Assembly (NCBI GenBank): GCA_041498295.1
Contig: JBGQIB010000005.1
Coordinates: 1-58,293 of the forward strand
Length of the DNA: 58,293 nt
Origin: a bacterium
GTDB taxonomy: Bacteria; Myxococcota_A; UBA9160; SZUA-336
Direction: 5' to 3'
Position numbers and translations under genes: made by a program. Positions 9,352-18,526 of this stretch are shown piece by piece; positions within the stretch are counted from its first letter, which is position 1, and each line of letters begins with the position of its first letter. The notes beneath the pieces are model-generated. The model was not told the origin of the DNA, did not search any database, and saw only the letters and a program-made list of their open reading frames with translations.

Positions 9352-10383
9352 CTAGCCGTCGATGAGTGACTCGAGACCTGTTCCGACGAGCGCGCGGTCG
9401 ACGGCGTGGCGCGAGGCGAGCGGGAGCTGCGCGTAGTCGGCGCGCAGCCACTCGAGACACTTTCCCTGATACGGGAAAGGCTTCTGGACCCAGCGGCGGC
9501 CGTCGATCGTGCACTCGACTTGCTCGGCGCCGCGCGCGAGCGCCGCGGCGTTCGCGAGCAGGAACGGGGCGTACACGCGGCCGGCTTCGCGGAGCAGCGC
9601 GCGGAAGGTCTCGGGCACGGCGTCGCGCTCGATCCAGCCGTCCTCGGCCGGCTCGACGCCGGAGAGGTCGTCGACGAAGTCGACCCAGGCGACGACGCGC
9701 GGCGCGGTCTCGAGCGCGATCGCCGCGGGCGTCGGATCCACCTGCACGAGCTGAGTGAGTTGGCCGTACAGCGCGAAGTCACTCGCGCCCGGCCGGGCGC
9801 CCATCACGAAGCGCGACTCCGTGAGGCGCGCGGCGAGCAGCGCGAGCAGGCGCACGTAGCTCGCCTCGATCAGCGGCCCGGTCGTCTCGTTCGACCCGAC
9901 GACCCACAGCCGGTCGATCTGCCGCTTGGCGAACAGCTCGCCGAGCGCGCGCGCTTCGGCCTCGGGTTGGTCCGTTCGGCCCCAGCGCGGCAGGATCGCC
10001 GACGCGCGCGCGACGTCCGCGTCGTACGCCCAGCGGTAGTGGAACATCGCCTTGGTGAGCCACTCGTCCGCGTAGTCCTCGAGCAGTGAGTCGAGGAACG
10101 CGACGGCGGGATCCGCCGGGACGACGCTGCGCCCCGCGTACGCTCGCTCGAGCTCGCGCAAGAGCGGCGTCGAGTCGACCTGCGCCTCGAGCGCGCCGTC
10201 TGGCCCTGTCGGCCCGACGAGCTGCGGCAGGAGTGACACGCGCGGCTGCGGCAAGCCGCGGCCCTCGAGCGAGCGACTCAGCACCCACACGTGCGGGATG
10301 CGGCGATAGCGCATCGCGGCCCGCAGCTTCCGGCTGTACGGCGAGCCGGGCATGCCGACGAGCGTCCAGATCGAGTCAGTCAT
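9352..10383 (-). CDS. Glutathione S-transferase family protein
   Basis: GSPYSRKLRAAMRYRRIPH, DSTPL, EDYADEW, PGASDFALYGQL. Confidence 0.85.
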   Translation of the reverse strand: MTDSIWTLVGMPGSPYSRKLRAAMRYRRIPHVWVLSRSLEGRGLPQPRVSLLPQLVGPTGPDGALEAQVDSTPLLRELERAYAGRSVVPADPAVAFLDSLLEDYADEWLTKAMFHYRWAYDADVARASAILPRWGRTDQPEAEARALGELFAKRQIDRLWVVGSNETTGPLIEASYVRLLALLAARLTESRFVMGARPGASDFALYGQLTQLVQVDPTPAAIALETAPRVVAWVDFVDDLSGVEPAEDGWIERDAVPETFRALLREAGRVYAPFLLANAAALARGAEQVECTIDGRRWVQKPFPYQGKCLEWLRADYAQLPLASRHAVDRALVGTGLESLIDG

Positions 10384-11009
10384 CGCTTGCGTCCTTTTCC
10401 CTTCTGCGGCGCCGAGCGCGGCAGCTCCGCGACGAGCGCGAGCACCGCGGTCTCGATTGCCGCCGCCGCGCGCTCGCGCGACAGCCTCTGATCCACGCGC
10501 AGCCGGTCCCAGGCGTCGAACGAGAGTACGACGTCGAGCGCCTCGACGACGCTCTCGGGCGCGCGCGTGAGCTCCGGCAGCGCGCGCAACAGCCGCGCGC
10601 GCAGCTCGCGCACGAGTCGGCCGTGCTGTCGCTGCAGGAAGGGCGAGCGGCGGCGCCCGAGATCTCCCGCGCGCTTGTAGTGTGCGATCACCTCGTAGAA
10701 CGCCGAGCGCTGCGCGACGATCACGAGCGCGCGCTCCGCGGCGCTGCCCGTCGTCGGCGGGTCGCGCAGCAGCGGCAGCGCCTCCGCCTGCACGCGCGCG
10801 TCGAGCTCCGCATACAGCGTGTCCATGTCGGCGAAGTGGCGAAACACGCTGCGCAGGCCGACCTCGGCGCGCGCCGCGACCTTTTGAGCCGTCGGCTGCA
10901 CGTCGCCCTCGCCGATCAGCTCGAAGAGCGCGCGCACGATCGCCTCGCGGCTGCGTTCCGCGCGGCGGGCGCGGCCGTCGAGCTGCGGGCGCATCGTCAT
11001 CGCGCGCAT
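10380..11009 (-). CDS. TetR/AcrR family regulator
   Basis: DGRARRAERSREAIV..PTAQKVAARAEVGLRSVFRHFADMDTL HTH. Confidence 0.9.
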   Translation of the reverse strand: MRAMTMRPQLDGRARRAERSREAIVRALFELIGEGDVQPTAQKVAARAEVGLRSVFRHFADMDTLYAELDARVQAEALPLLRDPPTTGSAAERALVIVAQRSAFYEVIAHYKRAGDLGRRRSPFLQRQHGRLVRELRARLLRALPELTRAPESVVEALDVVLSFDAWDRLRVDQRLSRERAAAAIETAVLALVAELPRSAPQKGKGRKR

Positions 11010-11010
11010 A

Positions 11011-11074
11011 TTGACACCTCCCCTGCCAATAGCTCAAGAGCTTCGCTTGATTTTGACACTCGTACTGCCATAAT
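11011..11074. promoter_or_regulatory. Divergent promoter with two operators (TTGACA-N7-TGCCAA, TTGACA-N7-TGCCAT) and sigma70-like TTGATT-N16-CATAAT
   Basis: AT-rich 70-bp gap between tetR and the sulfatase operon; -10 ends 7 nt before ATG 11082 (possibly leaderless). Confidence 0.6.
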
Positions 11075-11081
11075 CGCGCGC

Positions 11082-11702
11082 ATGTCGACGCCGTGGATCT
11101 GGGTCGGGGCCGCATTCCTCTACGCCGCGTTCTGGGCCTGGTATCAGGGCTTCCGCCGCCCGCTCACGAAGGGCGAAGTGGACGCGTATCTCGCGAAGCT
11201 CTCGCCGGGGCTCGCGGTCGATCCCGAGCGACGCGATCGCATGCGCGCGTTCCTCGAGTCCGACGACGGCGGGGAGTTCTTCATGGTGAACCTGATCCGC
11301 CTGCACCCCGACCCCGTGCGGCCGCCCGACGGCGGCGCGCCCGCGCCCGCCGCGCGCGTGCTCCAGGCCTACACCACTCCGTTTCTGCGCGCGCTGTTCC
11401 TGCGCGCGGGTCACCCGGCGCTCGGCGGACGCGCGGCCGCGGGCTATCTCGAAGCGTGGGGCGTCGAGAAGAATCCGGGCTGGACGATGGCGGGGATCGT
11501 CCGCTACCGCAGCCGCCGCGATTTGATCGAGCTCGCGAGCGCGCCGGTGTTCGCGCCGATCCACGCGTTCAAGAACGCGGCCATGTCGAATACGCTGGCG
11601 TTCCCGATCTCGCCCGCGCGCATCTTCTTCAGCCCGCGCATCGTGGCGGCGCTCGGGCTCGCGCTCGCGGCGGCGCTCGCGACCCTGGCGTTCGGGAGCT
11701 AG
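11082..11702 (+). CDS. Membrane-anchored DUF1330-like dimeric alpha/beta barrel protein
   Basis: N- and C-terminal hydrophobic helices; DDGGEFFMVNLI, VRYRSRRD. Confidence 0.6.
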   Translation: MSTPWIWVGAAFLYAAFWAWYQGFRRPLTKGEVDAYLAKLSPGLAVDPERRDRMRAFLESDDGGEFFMVNLIRLHPDPVRPPDGGAPAPAARVLQAYTTPFLRALFLRAGHPALGGRAAAGYLEAWGVEKNPGWTMAGIVRYRSRRDLIELASAPVFAPIHAFKNAAMSNTLAFPISPARIFFSPRIVAALGLALAAALATLAFGS

Positions 11703-11703
11703 C

Positions 11704-13356
11704 GTGCGGCGCGCCCTTCTCGGCGCGCTCGTCGTCGTCGCGCTCGCGTTCGCCTCGCTGTACGCCGCGCGCGACTTCTTGATCCTGCACGTGCCGGGTC
11801 TTTTGGCGCGGCTGCGCGATCCGGTCGGGCCCAACCGCCCCGTCGTTTGGCAGCCCGGCCCCCCGACACCGGCGAGTGTCGAGCGCCCGCCGAACGTCGT
11901 CGTGATCGTCGCGGACGACCTCGGCTACAACGATCTCACGTTCGCGGGCGGCGGCGTCGCGAATGGCGCGGTGCCGACGCCGAACATCGACTCACTCGCC
12001 CGCGAGGGCGTCGAGTTCACGCACGGCTACGCGGGCAACGCCACCTGCGCGCCGTCGCGCGCCGCGATCATGACGGGCCGCTACCCGACCCGCTTCGGCT
12101 TCGAGTTCACGCCCGCGCCCAAGGCCTTCATGAAGCTCGTGGCGCACTTCAACGCCGGCTCGAAGCGCCCGCCGGTGTACTTCGACGAGCGCGAGAAGGA
12201 CGTGCCCGACATGCAGCAGGAGGGCCTCCCGGCGAGCGAAGTCACGCTCGCGGAGCTCCTGCACGGGCGCGGCTACCGCACGCTCGGGATCGGCAAATGG
12301 CACCTCGGCGAGGCGCCCGCGATGCGCCCCGAAGCGCGCGGCTTCGACGAGTATCTCGGCTTTCTGCCGGGTGGGTCGATGTATCTCGATCCGGACGACC
12401 CCAACGCCGTCAACTCGAAGCAGGACTTCGATCCGATCGACAGGTTCCTCTGGGCGAACCTCACCTTCAGCGTGCGCAAGGACGGCGGCGCGCGCTTCGA
12501 GCCCGACGCGTACATGACCGACTATCTCGCGCGCGAAGCTTCGCGCGCGATCGAGGCGAACCGCAACCGGCCGTTCTTCCTGTATCTCGCCTTCAACGCG
12601 CCGCATACGCCGCTGCAGGCGACGCGCGCCGACTACGACGCGCTGCCCGGAATCGAGAACCACGAGCTGCGCGTGTACGCCGCGATGATCCGCGCGCTCG
12701 ACCGCGGAGTCGGCCAGGTGCTCGACACGCTGCGCGCAAACGGTCTCGAGGACAACACCCTCGTGATGTTCGTGAGCGACAACGGCGGCGCCGACTACAT
12801 CGGCCTGCCCGACATCAATCGCCCCTACCGCGGCTGGAAGATGACGTTCTTCGAGGGCGGCGTGCACACGCCCTTCTTCGCGAAGTGGCCCGCGCGGCTG
12901 CCACGCGGCGCGCGCTTCGACCCGCCGGTCGGCCACGTGGACATCTTCGCGACCGCTGCGGCGGCTGCCGGCGCGACTCTGCCGGCCGATCGAGTCATGG
13001 ACGGCGTCGACCTCGTGACGCTCGTGCGCGGCGAGCCCGACGCGCACACGCACGACGCGCTGTACTGGCGCTCGGGTCACTACCGCTCGATCCTGGCCGG
13101 CGGCTGGAAACTGCAAGTCTCCGAGCGCCCGAAGGAGACCTGGCTCTTCGACATGAGCGCCGACCCGACGGAGAAGGCGAACCTCGCCGAGTCTCGCCCC
13201 GACAAGCTCGCCGAGATGAACGCGATCCTCGCGCAGCAGGACTCACAGATGGTCGCTCCGCTCTGGCCCGCGCTGATCGAAGGGCCGATCTCCATCGATC
13301 ACAACTTGGCGGACCCCGCGAGATTCGACGGCGAGTTCGTCTACTGGGCGAACTAG
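11704..13356 (+). CDS. Formylglycine-dependent (type I) sulfatase, exported
   Basis: PNVVVIVADDLG, CAPSRAAIMTGRYP (CxPxR), GKWHLG, SDNGG. Confidence 0.95.
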   Translation: MRRALLGALVVVALAFASLYAARDFLILHVPGLLARLRDPVGPNRPVVWQPGPPTPASVERPPNVVVIVADDLGYNDLTFAGGGVANGAVPTPNIDSLAREGVEFTHGYAGNATCAPSRAAIMTGRYPTRFGFEFTPAPKAFMKLVAHFNAGSKRPPVYFDEREKDVPDMQQEGLPASEVTLAELLHGRGYRTLGIGKWHLGEAPAMRPEARGFDEYLGFLPGGSMYLDPDDPNAVNSKQDFDPIDRFLWANLTFSVRKDGGARFEPDAYMTDYLAREASRAIEANRNRPFFLYLAFNAPHTPLQATRADYDALPGIENHELRVYAAMIRALDRGVGQVLDTLRANGLEDNTLVMFVSDNGGADYIGLPDINRPYRGWKMTFFEGGVHTPFFAKWPARLPRGARFDPPVGHVDIFATAAAAAGATLPADRVMDGVDLVTLVRGEPDAHTHDALYWRSGHYRSILAGGWKLQVSERPKETWLFDMSADPTEKANLAESRPDKLAEMNAILAQQDSQMVAPLWPALIEGPISIDHNLADPARFDGEFVYWAN

Positions 13357-13364
13357 AGGACGCG

Positions 13365-14260
13365 ATGATCTCCGCGAACGAGACCTTCGATGGCACCTGG
13401 CCGTTCCGCCCGCACTTCTACGAGGGCAGCGGCTTCCGCATGCACTACGTCGAGGAGGGCACGGGCGATCCGATCGTGTGTCTCCATGGCGAGCCGACGT
13501 GGGGCTATCTGTACCGGCGTTTCATCCCGCGCCTTGCGCGTCTCGGCCGCGTCGTCGTTCCCGATCACATGGGCTTCGGCAAGAGCGCCACGCCGCAGGA
13601 TCGCGACTACTCGATCCGCGCGCACGTCGACAATCTCGAGTCACTGCTCGAGCACCTGCGACTCACCGACATCACGTTCGTCGGGCAGGACTGGGGCGGG
13701 CCGATCGCGACGGGCTTCGCGCTGCGACATCCGGAGCGCGTGAAGCGCCTCTGCTACATGAACACGGGGGTGCCGGGGCGCCCGCCGCCCGGGGTCAAGA
13801 CCGTGATTGACTTCCCGTGGTTCCAGTGGGTGAAGAGCGCGGAGAGCCAGGCCGTGCTCGCGAACCTCGGCGCGACGATCTTGTCGGTGATGAAGCGGAT
13901 CGGCTTCGAGCGCACCGCGCACGTCGACGAGACCTGGATTCGTGCGTACGCGGCGCCCTTCCCCACGCCCGCGGACTGCAAGTGCGCGCTCCAGTTTCCC
14001 CGTGCATCGGCGCGGCCGAGACGATGGCGACGATCCTCGAGCACATCGGCAACCTGCCGGCGCTCGCCGCGAAGCCCGCGATGTACGTCCACGGTGAGGC
14101 CGACCGCGCCATTCCCACCGAGATGTCCGTCGGCGCCTTCCGCTCGACCTGGCCCAAGGGCCCCGTCGTCACCCTACCCGGCGTCGGTCATTTCATCCAG
14201 GAAGACGCGCCCGAGACCGCGTGCGCGCTGATCGAGCAATTCATCCAGATGACCGAGTAG
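13365..14260 (+). CDS. Haloalkane dehalogenase/OleB-like alpha/beta hydrolase with a 1-nt frameshift near 14000
   Basis: HGEPTWGYLYR, QDWGG nucleophile, GHFIQED in second frame; break at CCCC run 13998-14001. Confidence 0.8.
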
Positions 14261-14271
14261 CGACGACTGCC

Positions 14272-14457
14272 TTGACGCGCGCCGGGCTGTCGGCCAAGCT
14301 GCGCGCACAGTCGTGATCCGCGGGTAATCGGGCCCGCGCTCACTCCATCGGACCGTCCGTTCCGGCGTGACCCATCGGGTCGACCCGGATGACGACGGTC
14401 GAGTTATGGAGCGAGCGCCGGGCCTTTCGAGTCACTGGCGTCTCGCCGGAGGAGACG
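14272..14457 (+). promoter_or_regulatory. Sigma70-like promoter (TTGACG-N17-CAAGCT) plus structured 5' leader
   Basis: Long imperfect hairpin 14331-14424; second hairpin CGTCTC/GAGACG covers the GGAGGAG RBS. Confidence 0.45.
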
Positions 14458-14952
14458 ATGACCGACGTGGAGCCGAAGTCCGATCCCCACAGCCTCGTGG
14501 CGGCGCTCGCCGATCCCGTGCGTCTCGCTTCCGCGTTCGCCGCGCTCGTCGCCCTCGGGCCGAGCGCGCGCGACGCCGTGCGCGCCGGTCTCGGCGACGG
14601 GCGCTGGGAGGTGCGGCGCTGGTGCGCATATTGGTTCTTCCGCTTCGCGGAGCCGAGTGACTTGGAAGCGCTCGTGCCGCTCGTCCGCGATCCGAAGAGC
14701 CGCGTCCGGCACGCGGCGCTCATCGTCCTGGCTCACGCGCCGGGCGCGGCCGAGCGGAACGACGTCGTTCCGCTGTTTCTCGAGCGCGCCTGCGACGACG
14801 AGAGCCTGCGCGTGCGACGCCAAGCGGTGTTGCTGCTCGCGTGGGAGCGCCCGCATCCGGATCTCGCGGGCTTCTTTCGCGGGCTGCTCGAGACAGAGAG
14901 CGATGCGAAGCTGCGTCACTACGCGCGCATGGGGATCGCGCGGTCATGCTGA
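14458..14952 (+). CDS. HEAT-repeat protein
   Basis: Repeats LGDGRWEVRRW, VRDPKSRVRHAAL, DDESLRVRRQAV; GGAGGAG RBS. Confidence 0.75.
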   Translation: MTDVEPKSDPHSLVAALADPVRLASAFAALVALGPSARDAVRAGLGDGRWEVRRWCAYWFFRFAEPSDLEALVPLVRDPKSRVRHAALIVLAHAPGAAERNDVVPLFLERACDDESLRVRRQAVLLLAWERPHPDLAGFFRGLLETESDAKLRHYARMGIARSC

Positions 14953-15728
14953 GCGACGTGCAACGGAAGGAGTTCGACGAGCGGGGGATCCTCCGGCTCG
15001 CCGGCGCCGTCGACGCGCGCATCGCGGGCGAGCTGCGCGAGGAAGTGCTCGCGTTGGTCGCGGCGCGCCGCCTCGGGCCGAAGTCGTCGGCTCCCGGTTT
15101 CGCGGTGACTCCTTCGCGGACGGCGGCCGTCGCGAATGCGCACAGCTTCGAGGAGGTCTGGGGCTCGGGGCTGATCTCCGCGGTCGACGACGTCCTCGGC
15201 GTGGGCGCGTGGCACGTGCCGAAGCACGCGGGCCAACTCTTGGCGATGACCTACCCGAATCCCGGCGTGACCTGGGAGCTGCCGCACAAGATGTGGCACC
15301 TCGACTACCGCGCGCCCGGCTCACTCGAGGGCATCCCCGGCGCTCAGCTGTTTCTGTGCGTCGACCGGGTCGAGCCACGCGGCGGCGGGACGCTGGTCGC
15401 CGCGGGCACGCCGCGCTGGGTCGACGCGATCCGGCGGCGCGAGGGCGCCGAATGGCCCGGCCGCTCCGCGGACGTGCGGCAGGCGCTGCGCCGCGATGTG
15501 CCGTGGTTCAGTGAGCTGTGCGCGCTGCGCCCGGGCGAAGACCGCATCGAGCGCTTCATGAGTCACCCAAGTGACTTCTCCGGTGGGTCACTGCAAGTCG
15601 TGGAGCTCACGGGAGAGCCTGGTGACGTCTGGGTCATGCACCCGTGGATGGTGCACGACGCGTCACCGAACTGCGGAGCGCGGCCGAGGCTGGTGCTGAC
15701 GGAGCGGATTCGCGCGACCGCGCGCTAG
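14946..15728 (+). CDS. PhyH family dioxygenase
   Basis: [29 protein letters not shown]. Confidence 0.8.
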   Translation: MLSDVQRKEFDERGILRLAGAVDARIAGELREEVLALVAARRLGPKSSAPGFAVTPSRTAAVANAHSFEEVWGSGLISAVDDVLGVGAWHVPKHAGQLLAMTYPNPGVTWELPHKMWHLDYRAPGSLEGIPGAQLFLCVDRVEPRGGGTLVAAGTPRWVDAIRRREGAEWPGRSADVRQALRRDVPWFSELCALRPGEDRIERFMSHPSDFSGGSLQVVELTGEPGDVWVMHPWMVHDASPNCGARPRLVLTERIRATAR

Positions 15729-17977
15729 ACCTGGAATTCGCGCAGTAGCTCGCGGAGCTCTTCGACTTCGGCGGCGACACGCTGCGCGGTGGCCAGGGCG
15801 ATGCGCGAGACCTCGCGATTCTCCTGCGCGGAGCGGTCGACGCTGGCGACGACGGCTCGCGCGGCGCCCGCGATTCCGGCCGCGTCCTCGACCGACGTCG
15901 AGAGTCGGGCGGCGACGCTCGACAGCTCGTCCGCGCCGCTCGCCGAGCGCACGCTCGCGTCCGCCGCGCTCGTGACCGCGCGCGCGATCGCGTCGGTTCG
16001 GCCGACGACTTCGGACAGAGTCGACGAGATCTCGGCGCTGGTCGCGGTCTGTTCCTCCACCGCGGTCACCACCGCGCGCGTATTGTCCTGCATCTGGTCG
16101 ATGAGCTTCAGGATCAACTCGATGGCTTCGAAGGCGGAGCGCGTCGCGGACTGAATCGACGAGATGCGGCCCTCGATGTCCTGCGTCGCGAGCGCGGTCT
16201 GGCGCGCGAGCTCCTTGACCTCGTTCGCCACCACGGCGAAGCCGCGACCCGCCTCGCCCGCGCTCGCGGCTTCGATGCGCGCGTTCAGCGCGAGCAAGTT
16301 GGTCTGATCGGCGATGTCGCTGATCAGACCCACGACGTTTCCGATCTCTTGCGCCGATGTGTTCAGCCCCTCGAAGGCGGCGGTGGTCTGGCGAACCGTA
16401 CGCGCCGCGTTCTCGGCGATGCTCGCCGAGTGACTCGAGCTCTTGGACACGTCGCCGAGCGATGACGAGAGCTCCTCGACCGCGATGGAGACCGAGCGGG
16501 TCAGCTCGCTCACCGACTCCACGTCGGCGCGCGCCGCTTCCATTTCGCCGCGCACGGTGCGCGAGCCGCTAGCCAGCTCGTGCACGCCGTGACTCGCCTG
16601 CGCGGCGGCGGCGGCGGCGGTCGTCAGGCTCTGCGCCGCCTGCTCGATGTCGTGATCCATTTGCCGAGAGCTCTCGCCGAGCTCCGCCGAGCTGCGCTCG
16701 ATCTTCTCGGCGATCGGGGAGAGCGCTTCGACCGACTGGCCGAGGGCCTCGACGGTGCCCTTTACACGACCAACGAGCGCGCGGAGCGACTTCGCAAGTC
16801 CGCCGAGCGCCTGCGTCGCGCGCAGGATCTCGCTGGTCCCCTGGTGCTCGGCCCCGAGACTCTCCGTCGCCCTCTGTTCGCCGACGAGCGAAGCCGCCAC
16901 CGCCACTGCTTCCGCGAGCGGCCGCGTGATGTTGACTGCGATGCGCCACGCGAGCGACGCCGCCAGCGCGAGCGCGGCAATGACGACGAAGAGCGACAGC
17001 GCGCGCTCTCGGGCCAAGCTCGCACTGCGCGCCTGCAAAAGCTTCTCCAGCTCGGAGGCCGCGACGAGCCAGAGCGTATGACTCGCGGCGAGTGCCCGAG
17101 TCGCCGAGGCTGAAAACTCGGCCCGAAACGCGGCCGCGTCGCGCGCGGTCGTGAGCTCGCGCGACGCGCCGATCAAGCCGAGAAGCGCCATGCCGTGGCT
17201 CTCCAGCGCCGGCGGGAGAGAGCTCTGCAGCGACTCACTCGTGCCGTAGAAGTCGGGGTCGGAGCGCAGCGCCGTACGCCCGCTCGCGCTCGCATGCTCC
17301 AGATCGTCCGCTTGGAGCAGCGCGGACAAGGTGTACAGCTCGATCCGATCGCCGTCGTCGAACGGCCGGCCCGACGGCGCGGCGGCGCTCCTGGCAAGCA
17401 TGGCGTCCAGGTGCTGCATGCTTCCCGGAATGACCACGGTCGTCAGGTCCATGAGGTAGTAGGAGTCGAGGTCCGGATCGAGGATCAGGGTCGACGAGTC
17501 ACCGACGTGAGAGATCAGCGCGAGCACTTGCGCCCCGAACGCACGCACCTTGGCGTCGCGATCGTAGTCGGAGAGCGATGCCGCGCCGGCCCGGAGCTCG
17601 TTCCACGCCGCCTCCAGCTTCGCGAGCTCGAGATCGCCCTTCTCCTGCAGGGAGAGTGACTCGGGTGTCGTCTTCAGGCGCTCGCCGAGCTCGACCTGCA
17701 GCGACTCGAGCGCGGCGAAGCTCGCGTCGACCGCGCGCATCGCCCGTTGCGGATCCGTGCCCGCGTGCTCGCGCGCGCCCGCCGCGTACTCCACGAGGGC
17801 GACCTGCATCTCGACCAGCGGCTTCTGGTAGCGGAGGCCCGCGACTTCGAGCTGCGCGATCGAAATGTCGTGCCTGAGGTTGCGCATCAGCAGCGCGCTG
17901 GACAACGCGACCGGCAAGAGGAAGGACGCACCCATGAGCAGAAGCATCCGCCCGACGGACATCCGCTCCAGCCGCAT
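15725..17977 (-). CDS. Methyl-accepting chemotaxis protein
   Basis: Two TM helices, [11 protein letters not shown] sensor motif, [37 protein letters not shown]. Confidence 0.95.
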   Translation of the reverse strand: MRLERMSVGRMLLLMGASFLLPVALSSALLMRNLRHDISIAQLEVAGLRYQKPLVEMQVALVEYAAGAREHAGTDPQRAMRAVDASFAALESLQVELGERLKTTPESLSLQEKGDLELAKLEAAWNELRAGAASLSDYDRDAKVRAFGAQVLALISHVGDSSTLILDPDLDSYYLMDLTTVVIPGSMQHLDAMLARSAAAPSGRPFDDGDRIELYTLSALLQADDLEHASASGRTALRSDPDFYGTSESLQSSLPPALESHGMALLGLIGASRELTTARDAAAFRAEFSASATRALAASHTLWLVAASELEKLLQARSASLARERALSLFVVIAALALAASLAWRIAVNITRPLAEAVAVAASLVGEQRATESLGAEHQGTSEILRATQALGGLAKSLRALVGRVKGTVEALGQSVEALSPIAEKIERSSAELGESSRQMDHDIEQAAQSLTTAAAAAAQASHGVHELASGSRTVRGEMEAARADVESVSELTRSVSIAVEELSSSLGDVSKSSSHSASIAENAARTVRQTTAAFEGLNTSAQEIGNVVGLISDIADQTNLLALNARIEAASAGEAGRGFAVVANEVKELARQTALATQDIEGRISSIQSATRSAFEAIELILKLIDQMQDNTRAVVTAVEEQTATSAEISSTLSEVVGRTDAIARAVTSAADASVRSASGADELSSVAARLSTSVEDAAGIAGAARAVVASVDRSAQENREVSRIALATAQRVAAEVEELRELLREFQV

Positions 17978-18044
17978 CTTGCCCTCACCGCCGACGCATA
18001 GTCGGCACTCGGTGATTCGGATGGATCGGAGGTGAACTGATGAG

Positions 18045-18500
18045 TCAGGTGGGACGGCGGCGAAGAGACTTCCGACCGGCTCGGATTCCGAGCAGCGAGC
18101 AGCCGGCGGCGATCAGCAGCGCGGTCCCGGGCTCTGGGACGCATCGGCCGCCAGAGGTCAGCCCGAAATGGATCACGGAGGTGCTCGGGGCGGCTCGCGC
18201 AAGAGCGCTGGCCGCGCCGGAAGCGCTGGCGGCGGGGTTGACGGTTCGAGATCTCGTAGCTCCGACGAGGATCCCGAAGAAGATCGTATCGTCGATCACC
18301 ATCGGCGGGCTGTTCTGGCCTGTATACAGCGACGCTGTGTCCTGATTCACGTCGCAGAACCCGCCGGAGAGACAGAATCCGTGTCCGATGGGCTCAACGC
18401 TTCGGGTCCTGCCCCAGAGAATCGGGTCCGCGCTGGCCGAGCTGGCCCATAGGCACAGAGCCGCCGCCGTGAGCGCGATCCAGCGAGCGGTCGAGTTCAT
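18045..18500 (-). CDS. Small PEP-CTERM sorting-domain protein
   Basis: Signal peptide; C-terminal VPEPGTALL + hydrophobic helix + RRR. Confidence 0.7.
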   Translation of the reverse strand: MNSTARWIALTAAALCLWASSASADPILWGRTRSVEPIGHGFCLSGGFCDVNQDTASLYTGQNSPPMVIDDTIFFGILVGATRSRTVNPAASASGAASALARAAPSTSVIHFGLTSGGRCVPEPGTALLIAAGCSLLGIRAGRKSLRRRPT

Positions 18501-18526
18501 GCCGCCATCCTACCCGAAAGCCGAGG

